64,000 nt of DNA from Minisyncoccota bacterium (GTDB lineage Bacteria; Patescibacteriota; Minisyncoccia; Phycocordibacterales; UBA2100), in contig DASSSZ010000003.1 of the NCBI GenBank assembly GCA_035708165.1, positions 23,954 through 87,953 of the forward strand. The letters are read 5' to 3'. Below the pieces are notes generated by a model. The model ran no database searches. It worked only from the letters and a program-made list of their open reading frames with translations, and was not told where the DNA came from. Position numbers and translations under genes: made by a program. Shown here in pieces: positions 37,472-46,687 of the stretch; within the stretch, counting starts at the first letter, position 1, and each line of letters opens with the position of its first letter.

Positions 37472-39286
37472 ATGGCAAGCCGCATCCGCAACTTCTCCAT
37501 CATCGCGCATATCGACCATGGCAAGTCGACGCTCTCCGACCGCATGCTCGAGCGCACCGGCACGATCGAGGAGCGCCAGATGCGCGCGCAGGTCCTGGAT
37601 TCCATGGATCTCGAACGCGAGCGGGGGATCACGATCAAGATGCAGCCGGTCCGCATGCAGTACCGTCCTGCCGGCTCCGGCGACGAGTACATCCTCAACC
37701 TCATCGACACGCCGGGCCACGTGGACTTCTCGTATGAGGTCTCCCGCGCCTTGAAGGCAGTGGAGGGCGCCATCCTCCTCGTGGACGCTACGCAGGGCGT
37801 GGAAGCGCAGACGCTCTCCGTGCTCGATTCCGCCCGCAAGGCGGGCCTCGCCATCATCCCCGCGCTCTCGAAGGTGGACGCCCCGGCCGCGCGCGTGGAT
37901 GACGTACGCTTCGAGGTCGCCGAGCTCCTCGGCTGCGATATGGATGATGTGTATCTCACGTCCGGCAAGACGGGCGAGGGCGTGACCGAACTCCTTGATG
38001 CGATCATCGAGAAGGTCCCGGCTCCCGCCGACCATGCCGAGAAGCCGCTCTCCGCTCTCGTGTTCGATTTCGACTACTCCGACCACCGCGGCGTCATCGT
38101 CTACGCGCGCATCATGGAGGGGACGCTGAAGGCGCGGCAGGATCTCTCGTTCTGCTCGGCGAAGGCATCCTTCTCCGGGAATGAGATCGGCGTCCTGACG
38201 CCGAAGGAGACGCCGGCGCAGATGCTCTCGGCAGGCGAGATCGGTTACATCACGACCGGCATCAAGAAGCCGGGCGTCGTTTCCGTCGGCGATACGATCA
38301 TCCGCACGGGCAGCAATGCCGCTGCGCTTCCCGGCTATCAGAAGCCCGCGCCGGTCATCTGGGCCTCCATCTACCCTGAGGAGGCGACTTCATCGAAGAG
38401 CGGCGACGCATTCACCGATCTCAAGCAGGCGATCGAGCGGCTCGCCCTGACCGACTCCTCGCTCACATGGGAAGAGGAGCAGTCCGGCGTCCTGGGACGC
38501 GGCTTCCGCTGCGGCTTCCTCGGCATGCTGCACCTCGAGATCGTGACCGAGCGCTTGCGGCGCGAATTCGGCTTGAGCCTCATCACGACGACGCCGTCGG
38601 TCGCCTACACTGTCCGCGAGAACGGGCACGCGGATCGGCAGGTCTACACGCCCGCGCAATTCCCTGATGCGGATGCGCAGCGCTACACGGTGCTCGAGCC
38701 GTGGGTCGGGCTCGATATCCTCGTGCCGCCCGCCCTCGTAGGCGCCGTCTTGCCGCTCCTCGTCGCGCATGAGGCAGTCGTGGGCGATACGGAGCAGACG
38801 CTCGGCGAGCGCGTGAAGGTGCACGCCGAGATGCCCTTGCGCGAGCTCATGCGCAACTTCTTCGACAAGATGACGAGCGCGACTTCGGGCTACGCCTCGG
38901 TCTCCTATGAATTCATCGAGGAGCGGCCCGCGGACGTGGTGCGCCTCGATATCCTGGTAGCCGAAGAAGCGGTACCGGCGCTCACGCGCGTCGTCTCGGC
39001 CAGGCGGGCGGAAGAGGAAGGACGCGCTACGGTGGAGAAATTGAAGGAGATCCTTCCTGCGCAACTCATCGTGCTCAAGATCCAGGCACGCGCGAAGGGG
39101 CGTATCATCGCGAGCGAGCGCATCGCGGCGCGGCGCAAGGATGTGACCGGCTACCTCTACGGCGGCGATATCACGCGCAAGATGAAGCTCCTCGAGAAGC
39201 AGAAGAAAGGCAAGAAGAAGATGCAGGAGCGCGCGCAGGTGCACATCCCGCAGGAAGTGTTCCTCAAGATGATGCGGGAGCAGTAG
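37472..39286 (+). CDS. lepA: Elongation factor 4 (LepA)
   Basis: IRNFSIIAHIDHGKSTL, DTPGHVDF, GFLGMLH, YGGDITRKMKLL. Confidence 0.97.
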   Translation: MASRIRNFSIIAHIDHGKSTLSDRMLERTGTIEERQMRAQVLDSMDLERERGITIKMQPVRMQYRPAGSGDEYILNLIDTPGHVDFSYEVSRALKAVEGAILLVDATQGVEAQTLSVLDSARKAGLAIIPALSKVDAPAARVDDVRFEVAELLGCDMDDVYLTSGKTGEGVTELLDAIIEKVPAPADHAEKPLSALVFDFDYSDHRGVIVYARIMEGTLKARQDLSFCSAKASFSGNEIGVLTPKETPAQMLSAGEIGYITTGIKKPGVVSVGDTIIRTGSNAAALPGYQKPAPVIWASIYPEEATSSKSGDAFTDLKQAIERLALTDSSLTWEEEQSGVLGRGFRCGFLGMLHLEIVTERLRREFGLSLITTTPSVAYTVRENGHADRQVYTPAQFPDADAQRYTVLEPWVGLDILVPPALVGAVLPLLVAHEAVVGDTEQTLGERVKVHAEMPLRELMRNFFDKMTSATSGYASVSYEFIEERPADVVRLDILVAEEAVPALTRVVSARRAEEEGRATVEKLKEILPAQLIVLKIQARAKGRIIASERIAARRKDVTGYLYGGDITRKMKLLEKQKKGKKKMQERAQVHIPQEVFLKMMREQ

Positions 39287-39498
39287 AACCCTGCTTCGAG
39301 ACGAATGGAGGAGCGGCTATGCGCCGCATCACAATGAAAGAAGACCCGCCGGAAGGCGGGTCGCGAGTCAGGGGATGCCGCGGTACCGCACGAGGAAGAT
39401 GCCGTACTGCGAATGCATGGAGCTGGGCAGGCTGCCGATCGTTCCGTCATCCGCGCCGAGGATAGCGTGGTCGCGGCGAGGGGCAAGCAGGCCGAGCG

Positions 39499-39624
39499 CT
39501 AGAACGAGCTCCAGAGGGTCGGCGGGACCAGGAGCAGGATCATGGAGAGGGCGATCAGGACCGCGAGGACGGCCCAGACCCACTTCATCACGCGCTTCGT
39601 ATTGCGATGGTAGAGGAAACTCAT
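39499..39624 (-). CDS. 41-aa single-TM small protein (below the ORF-track cut-off)
   Basis: MSFLYHRNTKRVMKWVWAVLAVLIALSMILLVPPTLWSSF*; basic N-terminus plus TM; host-like codons. Confidence 0.6.
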   Translation of the reverse strand: MSFLYHRNTKRVMKWVWAVLAVLIALSMILLLVPPTLWSSF

Positions 39625-39662
39625 AGGAATTCAGGCGTTTTCTAGTGATACAATCGTACCAT

Positions 39663-40040
39663 ATGCACGACGCTCGGCAACAGCGGATCATGAAGCTGTT
39701 CAGGAAACGGCTCGTGATGCTCCTCATCCTGATCGGCATCTGCCTGCTCATTCCTGCCGTCTGGAGCGCTTCGGCGAAGGACAGGGAAGCGGCTGCGGCG
39801 AAGGCCGAGTCGGAACGGCAGCTCGCCGCGCTTGAGAGCCAGCAGGCGACGCTTTCAGCCGAGGTCGCGCAATTGAAGACGCCTGAGGGTATGGAGGCCG
39901 CGCTGCGGCAGCGCTATGGCGTGGGGCATGAAGGAGAGGGGGTGATCTATATCGAGACGCCCGATGACGCCACGCAGACCCCTACCACGACGCCGCGCAG
40001 GGGGTTCTTCGGCTGGGTGCAAGGCGTGTGGCCGTTCTAG
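39663..40040 (+). CDS. Septum formation initiator (FtsB/DivIC-like)
   Basis: TM, coiled coil, LKTPEGMEAALRQRYG...EGEGVI. Confidence 0.82.
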   Translation: MHDARQQRIMKLFRKRLVMLLILIGICLLIPAVWSASAKDREAAAAKAESERQLAALESQQATLSAEVAQLKTPEGMEAALRQRYGVGHEGEGVIYIETPDDATQTPTTTPRRGFFGWVQGVWPF

Positions 40041-40100
40041 CCGCAATGCGTGCATCAACGAATGCTGCCGGAAGCCGTCGCTTCCGGCCCGTTCGTTCTG

Positions 40101-40172
40101 TGCCCCGAGCAGGAATCGAACCCACATCAATCCCTTAGGACGGGACTGTTCTATCCATTGAACTATCGGGGC
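40101..40172 (-). tRNA. tRNA-Arg(CCT)
   Basis: GCCCCGA acceptor stem, anticodon loop GT-CCT-AA, GGTTCGATTCC T-loop; no encoded CCA. Confidence 0.93.
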
Positions 40173-40186
40173 GTGACGCCACTGTA

Positions 40187-40219
40187 GCATGAAAGCCGCC
40201 CGAGGGGCGGCTTTCATGC
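40187..40219. terminator. Hairpin between glutaredoxin gene and tRNA-Arg
   Basis: GCATGAAAGCCGCCC-GAG-GGGCGGCTTTCATGC. Confidence 0.6.
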
Positions 40220-40237
40220 ATGCGCACCGACGGGGGT

Positions 40238-40471
40238 CTAGAGGCCGAGCTTCTCGCGAAGCGCATCCTCATCGTAGCCGATGACCAGCTCGTCGCCGAT
40301 CGTAATGACCGGGACACCCATCTGACCGCTCTTCTGGATCATCTCCTGGCGCGCAGCGAGGTCGTCCTGCACGTTGTGATCCGTGAAGGCAACGTTGTTC
40401 TCGGTAAAGAATTCCTTCGCCGCGTGGCAGAAGTGGCAAGTCGGGGTGCTGTAGATGACGACGTCCTTCAT
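40238..40471 (-). CDS. Glutaredoxin-like (NrdH/YruB) protein
   Basis: YSTPTCHFC, KSGQMGVPV. Confidence 0.93.
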   Translation of the reverse strand: MKDVVIYSTPTCHFCHAAKEFFTENNVAFTDHNVQDDLAARQEMIQKSGQMGVPVITIGDELVIGYDEDALREKLGL

Positions 40472-40547
40472 ATCATGCTGCTGCTATAGGGTAATGAGTA
40501 CAGTATAGCATGCCGGTCAATGCGCCATAGTGAATCCCCGCCACACG

Positions 40548-40892
40548 CTAGCGCATGACGGGGAGAGTCGCGGCCCGTTCCGGAGAAGCGGCGGGCAAGG
40601 ATCGTATCGCGGCCAGAAGGCGCTCCAGATCAGCGATGGCGCGATCAGAGGCCAGGGCTGCATCCATGCCGCCAGTCCCGAGCGCGTCCGCTTGGATGAT
40701 CTCCTGTCGCGAGATATCCGCAAGGAGGATCGCGCGGTCATACGCGCTGAAGCACGGGAGATCGCGGCAGGCTGCTTGTCGTGCCAGAAGCGTCGCGGAG
40801 ACAGCCTTGAGGCGGAGCGGATTGGGGTCGGCAGCATGCGCCGACGAGAGTGCCAGGCCTGCCATGACGGCCGCCAGTGCAAGTACCTTCAT
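40548..40892 (-). CDS. Hypothetical secreted protein
   Basis: Signal peptide (SSAHA/AD), GGAGG SD, Cys pair. Confidence 0.55.
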   Translation of the reverse strand: MKVLALAAVMAGLALSSAHAADPNPLRLKAVSATLLARQAACRDLPCFSAYDRAILLADISRQEIIQADALGTGGMDAALASDRAIADLERLLAAIRSLPAASPERAATLPVMR

Positions 40893-41010
40893 GAGTACCT
40901 CCAAAGAATGCTGCGGCGGATTATCTAATGACTCATGGAACTTGTCAAATCGAGCCCGACCGCACTATCCATGTGAGGAAGCCTTCTTCTCTGCTATAGT
41001 AGTGCCACTT

Positions 41011-41081
41011 GCGGGATTCGTTTAGTGGCAGGACGCGACCTTCCCAAGGTTGAGACAGGAGTTCGATTCTCCTATCCCGCA
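41011..41081 (+). tRNA. tRNA-Gly(CCC)
   Basis: GCGGGAT acceptor, CGACC-TT-CCC-AA-GGTTG, GTTCGATTC. Confidence 0.93.
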
Positions 41082-41291
41082 CAAATCGGCCACTCATGAA
41101 AGCGACAGCTTTCATGAGAGCTGCCGTTCGTAGCGGGAGAGGAGAATCGAAAGCCGCAGCACCGTGGAGCGGGGCGAGGCCGGGTCGGCGCGCTTGGTAT
41201 TTGAGGGCCCGCAGGGCACTCATATACGTAGCGACGGTGACCGATTCTTCTATCCCGCACACATCGGCTACTCATGAAAGCGGCAGCTTCC
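41082..41291 (+). ncRNA. tRNA-Gly 3'-linked structured element (anti-tRNA, core, tRNA 3' copy)
   Basis: Antisense copy of the tRNA 3' end at 41133-41151; sense copy plus trailer at 41242-41291. Confidence 0.6.
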
Positions 41292-41339
41292 GGTGGATAG
41301 CCGTTCGCTGCCTGTGCGGGCGCACGGTATACTTCCTGC

Positions 41340-41663
41340 ATGGATCCTGAAGATCGCGACCTCCTCGAGCGCACCTTCAAGCTCGCACGCGACAACAACC
41401 GCATGCTGCAGGCGATGAACCGCGCCGCGCTCTTCAATGGCCTCTTCCGCGTGCTGGCATGGATCGCGGTGCTCGCGCTCGCGGCGTGGCTCTATTTCAA
41501 CTATCTCGGGCCGGTCCTCAATTCCGCGACGCACGCGCTCAATCAGGCGCAGACCGCGAGCAGCAACGCCAGCTCAGAGCTGCAGTCGATCCAGAATGCC
41601 ATTTCCGCCATCCAGCACGTCATCCCGAGCTTCAGCACGAGCACGGCGACGAGCACGCAGTAG
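41340..41663 (+). CDS. Small single-TM protein, unknown
   Basis: MDPEDRDLLE...; TM segment; TATACT upstream. Confidence 0.75.
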   Translation: MDPEDRDLLERTFKLARDNNRMLQAMNRAALFNGLFRVLAWIAVLALAAWLYFNYLGPVLNSATHALNQAQTASSNASSELQSIQNAISAIQHVIPSFSTSTATSTQ

Positions 41664-41702
41664 GCTGGAATATGGCTCCCGCTATGATAGAATGCGCCCA
41701 TC

Positions 41703-41775
41703 GCTTGGGTAGCTCAGTTGGTAGAGCATTCGCCTGAAGAGCGAAGGGTCGCCGGTTCGACCCCGGCCCCAAGCA
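41703..41775 (+). tRNA. tRNA-Phe(GAA)
   Basis: GCTTGGG acceptor, TTCGC-CT-GAA-GA-GCGAA, GGTTCGACCC. Confidence 0.93.
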
Positions 41776-41862
41776 CCGGAAAGAGAAAACGCCGCACATG
41801 CGGCTTTTCTCATGAGCGGAATCATCGTATATTCACCCTAGGCATCAGAAAGGAGATCTTGG

Positions 41863-42321
41863 ATGCGCCCATTCATTACGTACGTCTCGATGATCCTCGT
41901 CGGCTACTACATGGTCCGGCTTGGCCAGTGGGATACGCACGATCCGCAGCATATCCTGCCCGTTGCCGCGCTCGGCGGATGGGTCGTGACCTACGCCATC
42001 GTGCTGGGGCGGACGATCAACAGCGAGCTCTCGCGCACGGCACTGCTCACGCGCGTGCTGTGGATCGCCATGGTCTCCGGCGCCACGTTCGGTGCCGTGC
42101 TCTTCGGCTGCCTGATCCCGGAGAAGGGGAGCAATCCGTTCTCATGGATCTCGAGCGATCCGGTCATGCTCATCGCGCTGGCTGCATTCAGCCCGCTGTT
42201 CTGGAGCATCATCGCCAGCCTCGGCGAGTGGATAGACGGCCTGACCTCCCTCGCGCATGCGAAGCGGCCGGCGAGGAGCGCTTCGGTGACGAATATGAGC
42301 GATTACCGAGGCAAGAACTGA
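41863..42321 (+). CDS. Hypothetical 4-TM membrane protein
   Basis: AAGGAG SD; four hydrophobic segments. Confidence 0.6.
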   Translation: MRPFITYVSMILVGYYMVRLGQWDTHDPQHILPVAALGGWVVTYAIVLGRTINSELSRTALLTRVLWIAMVSGATFGAVLFGCLIPEKGSNPFSWISSDPVMLIALAAFSPLFWSIIASLGEWIDGLTSLAHAKRPARSASVTNMSDYRGKN

Positions 42322-42331
42322 CCATGATCGA

Positions 42332-42359
42332 AACGGCCCGCGAAGGATCGCGGGCCGTT
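42332..42359. terminator. Bidirectional terminator hairpin
   Basis: AACGGCCCGCGA-AGGA-TCGCGGGCCGTT between convergent genes. Confidence 0.65.
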
Positions 42360-42381
42360 CTCATTCTGTTTCTGCGGGGGC

Positions 42382-42942
42382 TCACTTGCTCCGCACTTTC
42401 AGCTTTGCCTGGCGTGCCTTGTTGATCTTCGGCAGGCGGATGATAAGGATGCCATGGCGCTCCGATGCATCCGCCATGTCCACGTCCACCTCCTCAGGAA
42501 GGAGGATGGTGCGCGAGAAGCTCCCCCAGTACAGCTCGCGCTGGAAGTAGCCGTCATCCTCCACTTCGCGCTCGTCCTCGCGCGTGCCGGAGATGGTGAG
42601 CATGTCGCGAGAGACGGAAATGTCGATATTGTTGGGCAGCACGCCGGCGACGAGCGCTTTCACGACGATCGCGTCAGGCGTCTGGTAGACGTCGACCGCG
42701 AGCTCGCCTTCGTTCTCCGTCTCAAGCTCCTGCCAGGAATGCGGCGAGGACTCATGGAACGGCTGCGGCTGCGGAGCGCGCTGCGCCGAAACCTGCGGGC
42801 GCAGCGGCTGCTCCGCATGCATGGCCGGGATCGGCTGCTCATCGAAGCTATGGACCGGCGCCTCGTCCTCGAAATAGTCATCGTATTCCTGGTCGGAACC
42901 GACGATGCCGGTAAGCCTATCGATAAGCGAAGGTTTCTTCAT
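42382..42942 (-). CDS. Hsp20/alpha-crystallin small heat shock protein
   Basis: AVDVYQT, ELYWGSFSRTILLP, GILIIRLPK. Confidence 0.93.
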   Translation of the reverse strand: MKKPSLIDRLTGIVGSDQEYDDYFEDEAPVHSFDEQPIPAMHAEQPLRPQVSAQRAPQPQPFHESSPHSWQELETENEGELAVDVYQTPDAIVVKALVAGVLPNNIDISVSRDMLTISGTREDEREVEDDGYFQRELYWGSFSRTILLPEEVDVDMADASERHGILIIRLPKINKARQAKLKVRSK

Positions 42943-42960
42943 GAGAGATGGGTTGGGGGA

Positions 42961-43659
42961 TTAGCGCCTGCGGACCGGCCGTCGCATCCGCTTTACGTAT
43001 TCGAGCGCGGCCAAGAGGACGACGATGCCGATCCACACGAAGACGAACGTATGGAAGAGGTATGCATCCTTCGTGTTGATTATAAGGATGTTGAAGCCGG
43101 CGTGCAAAACGGATGCGAGGATAACTCCCGAAATGGCCCACAGCACGCGTTCGCGGCGGGGCCGGTAGAAGGATGCCGCGAGCGCGAGGCCCACGATCGA
43201 GGAGGAGAGGACGTGCAGCAGGGTCGCGCCGATCGCGCGCAGGTCGCCCGTAAGGACGGTGGCGCCTAATTGCCCCGCAACGTCAGGATTGAGAAGGAAC
43301 AGGGCGTTCTCGACAGAGGAGAAGCCGAGCGCCGCGACGACCATGTAGATCACGGAATCGACGGGCTCATCGTTCTCGCGCCTCCCGAGGACCGTGAGGC
43401 GCGCCGCCAGGTACTTGCCCGTCTCCTCGATCACGGCCCAGGCGCTGAACATGGCCGCGCCTGCAAGCGCGAAGTAGCCTGCCACGAACTTCTCGGTCGG
43501 GATCACGATCGCGATCGAAAGGGCGCCCGCAAGGAACGCGAGTGCGATCAGGCGCCGCGGCTCAGGGTGCGTGCTGTCCTCGCGCAGCCAGAACCAGAGC
43601 CAGAGGAGCGCGGGCAGGATGCCGCCGAGGATGGCGATCGCGATAGGCGGTACCGGCAT
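42961..43659 (-). CDS. PrsW family intramembrane metalloprotease
   Basis: HPEP, IEETGK, LGFSSVEN, LLH, LHAGFN. Confidence 0.92.
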   Translation of the reverse strand: MPVPPIAIAILGGILPALLWLWFWLREDSTHPEPRRLIALAFLAGALSIAIVIPTEKFVAGYFALAGAAMFSAWAVIEETGKYLAARLTVLGRRENDEPVDSVIYMVVAALGFSSVENALFLLNPDVAGQLGATVLTGDLRAIGATLLHVLSSSIVGLALAASFYRPRRERVLWAISGVILASVLHAGFNILIINTKDAYLFHTFVFVWIGIVVLLAALEYVKRMRRPVRRR

Positions 43660-43686
43660 GGTACCAGTATAGCAGCGCCATGCCGC

Positions 43687-45891
43687 TTAGGCGGCGCGCA
43701 CCGGCCACGGGGCGATCATGAGGAGCTCGGCATCCTTCTGCGGCAGCGCCTGCCAGATGGCTTCCGTGACGAACGGCATGAAGGGGTGCAGGAGCTTGAG
43801 GAAGCCGGCGAGGATCGCGTAGAGCGCCTGCTGGCGGGAGCGGATCGCCTCGGCATCATCATCGGCGAGGATCGGCTTGCTCGCCTCGATGATCTCATCC
43901 GCGAAGCGGTGCCAGATATAGTGGTAGAGCATATCGCTCGCGAGGTCGATCCGGTAGCGCTCGATGTGGTCGGTCACGTCCCGTGCGAGCGCATCGAATT
44001 CGGCGATGAGCGCTCCATCATCTGCCGTATATGCCGGTGCAGCAGCGAGATCCGCGCCGGCGACCGACGTGAGCACGAAGCGCGTGATATTCCAGATCTT
44101 GTTCGCGAAATTCTTGTAGCCTTTGACGCGGGCCTCCGCGAGCTTCAGATCGGTGCCAGGCGTGTTCTGGATGAGGAGCGAGAGCCGCGTCGCGTCCGCC
44201 CCGTACTTCTCGATCATAGTGAGGGGATCGATGATGTTCCCGAGCGATTTGCTCATCTTGCGGCCCTTCTCGTCGCGCACGAGCCCGTGCAGGTACACGG
44301 TCCGGAACGGCACCGTGCCGAGATGGAAGGCGCTCATGAGGATCATGCGCGCCACCCAGAAGAAGAGGATGTCGTACCCGGTCTCGAGCATGCTCGTGGG
44401 GTGGAACGCCTCGAGGTCCGGCGTCGCATCCGGCCAGCCGAGCGTGCTGAAGGTCCAGAGGCCCGAGGAGAACCAGGTATCGAGCGTGTCGGGATCCTGC
44501 TCCCAGCCATCGCCCTCCGGCGCCTCTGTGCCGCAATAGCGCTCCTCGCCCCGGTACCATACGGGGATGCGATGGCCGAACCAGATCTGCCGGCTGATGC
44601 ACCACGGGCGCAGGTTGTCGATCCAGTGATAGTAGGTCGTATCGAAATTGTCCGGGAAGATGCGTACCGCCTTGCTCTCGACGGCGGCGCGCATCAGCTG
44701 CTTCAGCGTCACCGTGGCGCCGCTCTCGATGCCGGGGATCGCCGAGTGCGGGATCACGAAGGGCTTGGTCACGTCGATGAACCACTGGAGCTTGGGCATC
44801 GGCTCGATGATGCCGCCGGTGCGCTCCGCAGTGGCCACGTTCTGCGCGATGTCCTCCTGCTTCTCGAGCAGGCCTTCCTCCGCGAGCCACGCGACGACTG
44901 CTTCGCGCGCCGCACCCACCTTGAGGCCGCTGAGCCGGCCTTCGACCGTCATCTTCGCGTACTCATTGATGACGGACGGGCGCGGCAGGCCGTTCTTCTC
45001 GGCGATCTCCCAGTCGATATGGCTGTGCGCAGGCGTGACGCCCAAGGCGCCGGTGCCGAATGCCGGGTCCACGCCGGCATCGGCGACCACCTTGATATGG
45101 AGCGGCACGTCGCAGAAGGTGAGGTCGAATTCCTGCCCGATGTAGCGCTGATAGCGCTCATCATCAGGATTGACCGCCACGGCCGTATCGCCGACCTTCG
45201 TCTCCGGACGCGTGGTCGAGATCGGGATGGGGAAGTCCTTGGCGTAGCGGAAGGTGTAGAGCGTCGCCGTGCGCTCCTCGTGCACGATCTCATCATCCGA
45301 GATCACGGTCTGGCCCTTCGGGTCCCAGTTCACGATGCGGTCGCCGCGGTAGATGAGGCCGGCCTCGTACATGCGCACGAACGCGGTCGAGACGGCCCTC
45401 GTGCGTGCGTCATCGAGCGTGTAGGCGAGCCGGCTCCAGTCGAGCGAGCTGCCCATCGCCTTGGTCTGGCCGAGGATGGTGGCTTGGCTCTCGTGCGCGA
45501 AGGCATTCACGCGCGTGAGGAAGGCCTCGCGGCCGAGTTCGCCCCGGTTCGTGCCCTCCTTCTCGAGCTGTTTCTCCACCTTCGCCTGCGTCGCGATGGC
45601 GGCGGAATCGGTGCCGGGCAGCCAGAGCGTCTTCTTGCCGCGCATGCGCTCGAAGCGGACGAACGCATCCTCGATGGCGAGCATCGAGGCGTGGCCCATG
45701 TGGAGCGTGCCGGTCACATTGGGCGGCGGCAGCACCATCGAGAAGGTCTCGGGCCGCTCGCCCGGGAGGTTGTCAGGATCGAAGTAGCCGCTCTCTTCCC
45801 ATGCCTGGTAGATGGCAGCTTCATGCTCCTGCGGGGCGTATGCCTTCAGGAACTGCTCGGGGATCTTCGACTCGTCGGCGTTTTCAGCCAT
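43687..45891 (-). CDS. valS: Valine--tRNA ligase (short form)
   Basis: PPPNVTGTLHMGH, WCISRQIWFGH, DTWFSS, KMSKS. Confidence 0.97.
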   Translation of the reverse strand: MAENADESKIPEQFLKAYAPQEHEAAIYQAWEESGYFDPDNLPGERPETFSMVLPPPNVTGTLHMGHASMLAIEDAFVRFERMRGKKTLWLPGTDSAAIATQAKVEKQLEKEGTNRGELGREAFLTRVNAFAHESQATILGQTKAMGSSLDWSRLAYTLDDARTRAVSTAFVRMYEAGLIYRGDRIVNWDPKGQTVISDDEIVHEERTATLYTFRYAKDFPIPISTTRPETKVGDTAVAVNPDDERYQRYIGQEFDLTFCDVPLHIKVVADAGVDPAFGTGALGVTPAHSHIDWEIAEKNGLPRPSVINEYAKMTVEGRLSGLKVGAAREAVVAWLAEEGLLEKQEDIAQNVATAERTGGIIEPMPKLQWFIDVTKPFVIPHSAIPGIESGATVTLKQLMRAAVESKAVRIFPDNFDTTYYHWIDNLRPWCISRQIWFGHRIPVWYRGEERYCGTEAPEGDGWEQDPDTLDTWFSSGLWTFSTLGWPDATPDLEAFHPTSMLETGYDILFFWVARMILMSAFHLGTVPFRTVYLHGLVRDEKGRKMSKSLGNIIDPLTMIEKYGADATRLSLLIQNTPGTDLKLAEARVKGYKNFANKIWNITRFVLTSVAGADLAAAPAYTADDGALIAEFDALARDVTDHIERYRIDLASDMLYHYIWHRFADEIIEASKPILADDDAEAIRSRQQALYAILAGFLKLLHPFMPFVTEAIWQALPQKDAELLMIAPWPVRAA

Positions 45892-46018
45892 TGCCTCGAA
45901 TAGTACCGATTTTGCGGCATTGCGGCAATCAGCGGAGGCGGGTGTCGGGCACATGATACTTTCATGCCGCCCGGGCTACCGTACAAAGAGATTGCACGCA
46001 GAGCGTTTGGAGGTACGA

Positions 46019-46657
46019 ATGCCATCACGGTCGGATACCCTTCGTCCGGGCCGGGCCGTCAGGTTCCCATCAGCCGATATCACGCTGGGCGAGATACAGT
46101 CCGTCATCAGGCGTGTCGGCGGCGCGGAAGGATTCCGCCGGCTCTCCCGCGGGCTCACGGTCCCATGCGTAGTGCCGCTCTGGCCGGCTTGGCGCACGAT
46201 CACGCACGATCATGCGGATGCAGCCGGATACTGCTCCGCGATCGAGGAGGCGGGGCTCCGCATTACGCCGGAGGCCGCGGAGCTGCTCGAAGAGGCCGGC
46301 GGCTCGTTCACTGTCGAGCCGCTCGGCATGCCGCTCGTGCGGGTTTCCGCGTACGAGCTGCTCCTGCACCTCGAGGGCGTATCGAGCTGCGGGTATACGC
46401 ACTTCTTCGAACGCGCACTCGAGTTCGGCCTCGGGGCATGCCTCTGGGAAGACGCCCCGGCGCTGCGGCTCGCATATCGGGATCAGCCGTGGATGGAGCA
46501 GTGCGTGGTCGCGACCGATCCCTCGCTGGGTGAGCGGCGGTTCGAGCTCACCGTCGGATCGTCCGATGACGTGCCTGAGCTGCGGATCAGCGCGTGGGAG
46601 AGCTGCCGCATCGCGCATGATGCGGTCTACGTCTTCCGGAAGCTCTGGGACGAATGA
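46019..46657 (+). CDS. Hypothetical protein
   Basis: GGAGG SD; 212 aa; C-terminal APALRLAYRDQP...YVFRK. Confidence 0.6.
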   Translation: MPSRSDTLRPGRAVRFPSADITLGEIQSVIRRVGGAEGFRRLSRGLTVPCVVPLWPAWRTITHDHADAAGYCSAIEEAGLRITPEAAELLEEAGGSFTVEPLGMPLVRVSAYELLLHLEGVSSCGYTHFFERALEFGLGACLWEDAPALRLAYRDQPWMEQCVVATDPSLGERRFELTVGSSDDVPELRISAWESCRIAHDAVYVFRKLWDE

Positions 46658-46687
46658 TCAGCACCCCGCGCTCGCGCGGGGTGCGTG

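Noticed and set aside
41133-41259. Hammerhead ribozyme reading of the tRNA-linked three-way junction
   Set aside because: GAAA is present but the CUGANGA core is missing on both strands, so a known ribozyme class cannot be assigned by eye.
3272-45903. Very long opposite-strand ORFs (e.g. 3272-6127, 8710-11016, 25080-27035, 30316-32706, 43270-45903)
   Set aside because: Antisense shadows of real genes caused by GC-rich codon usage; no recognisable motifs, apart from the HAD gene embedded at 3272-4033.
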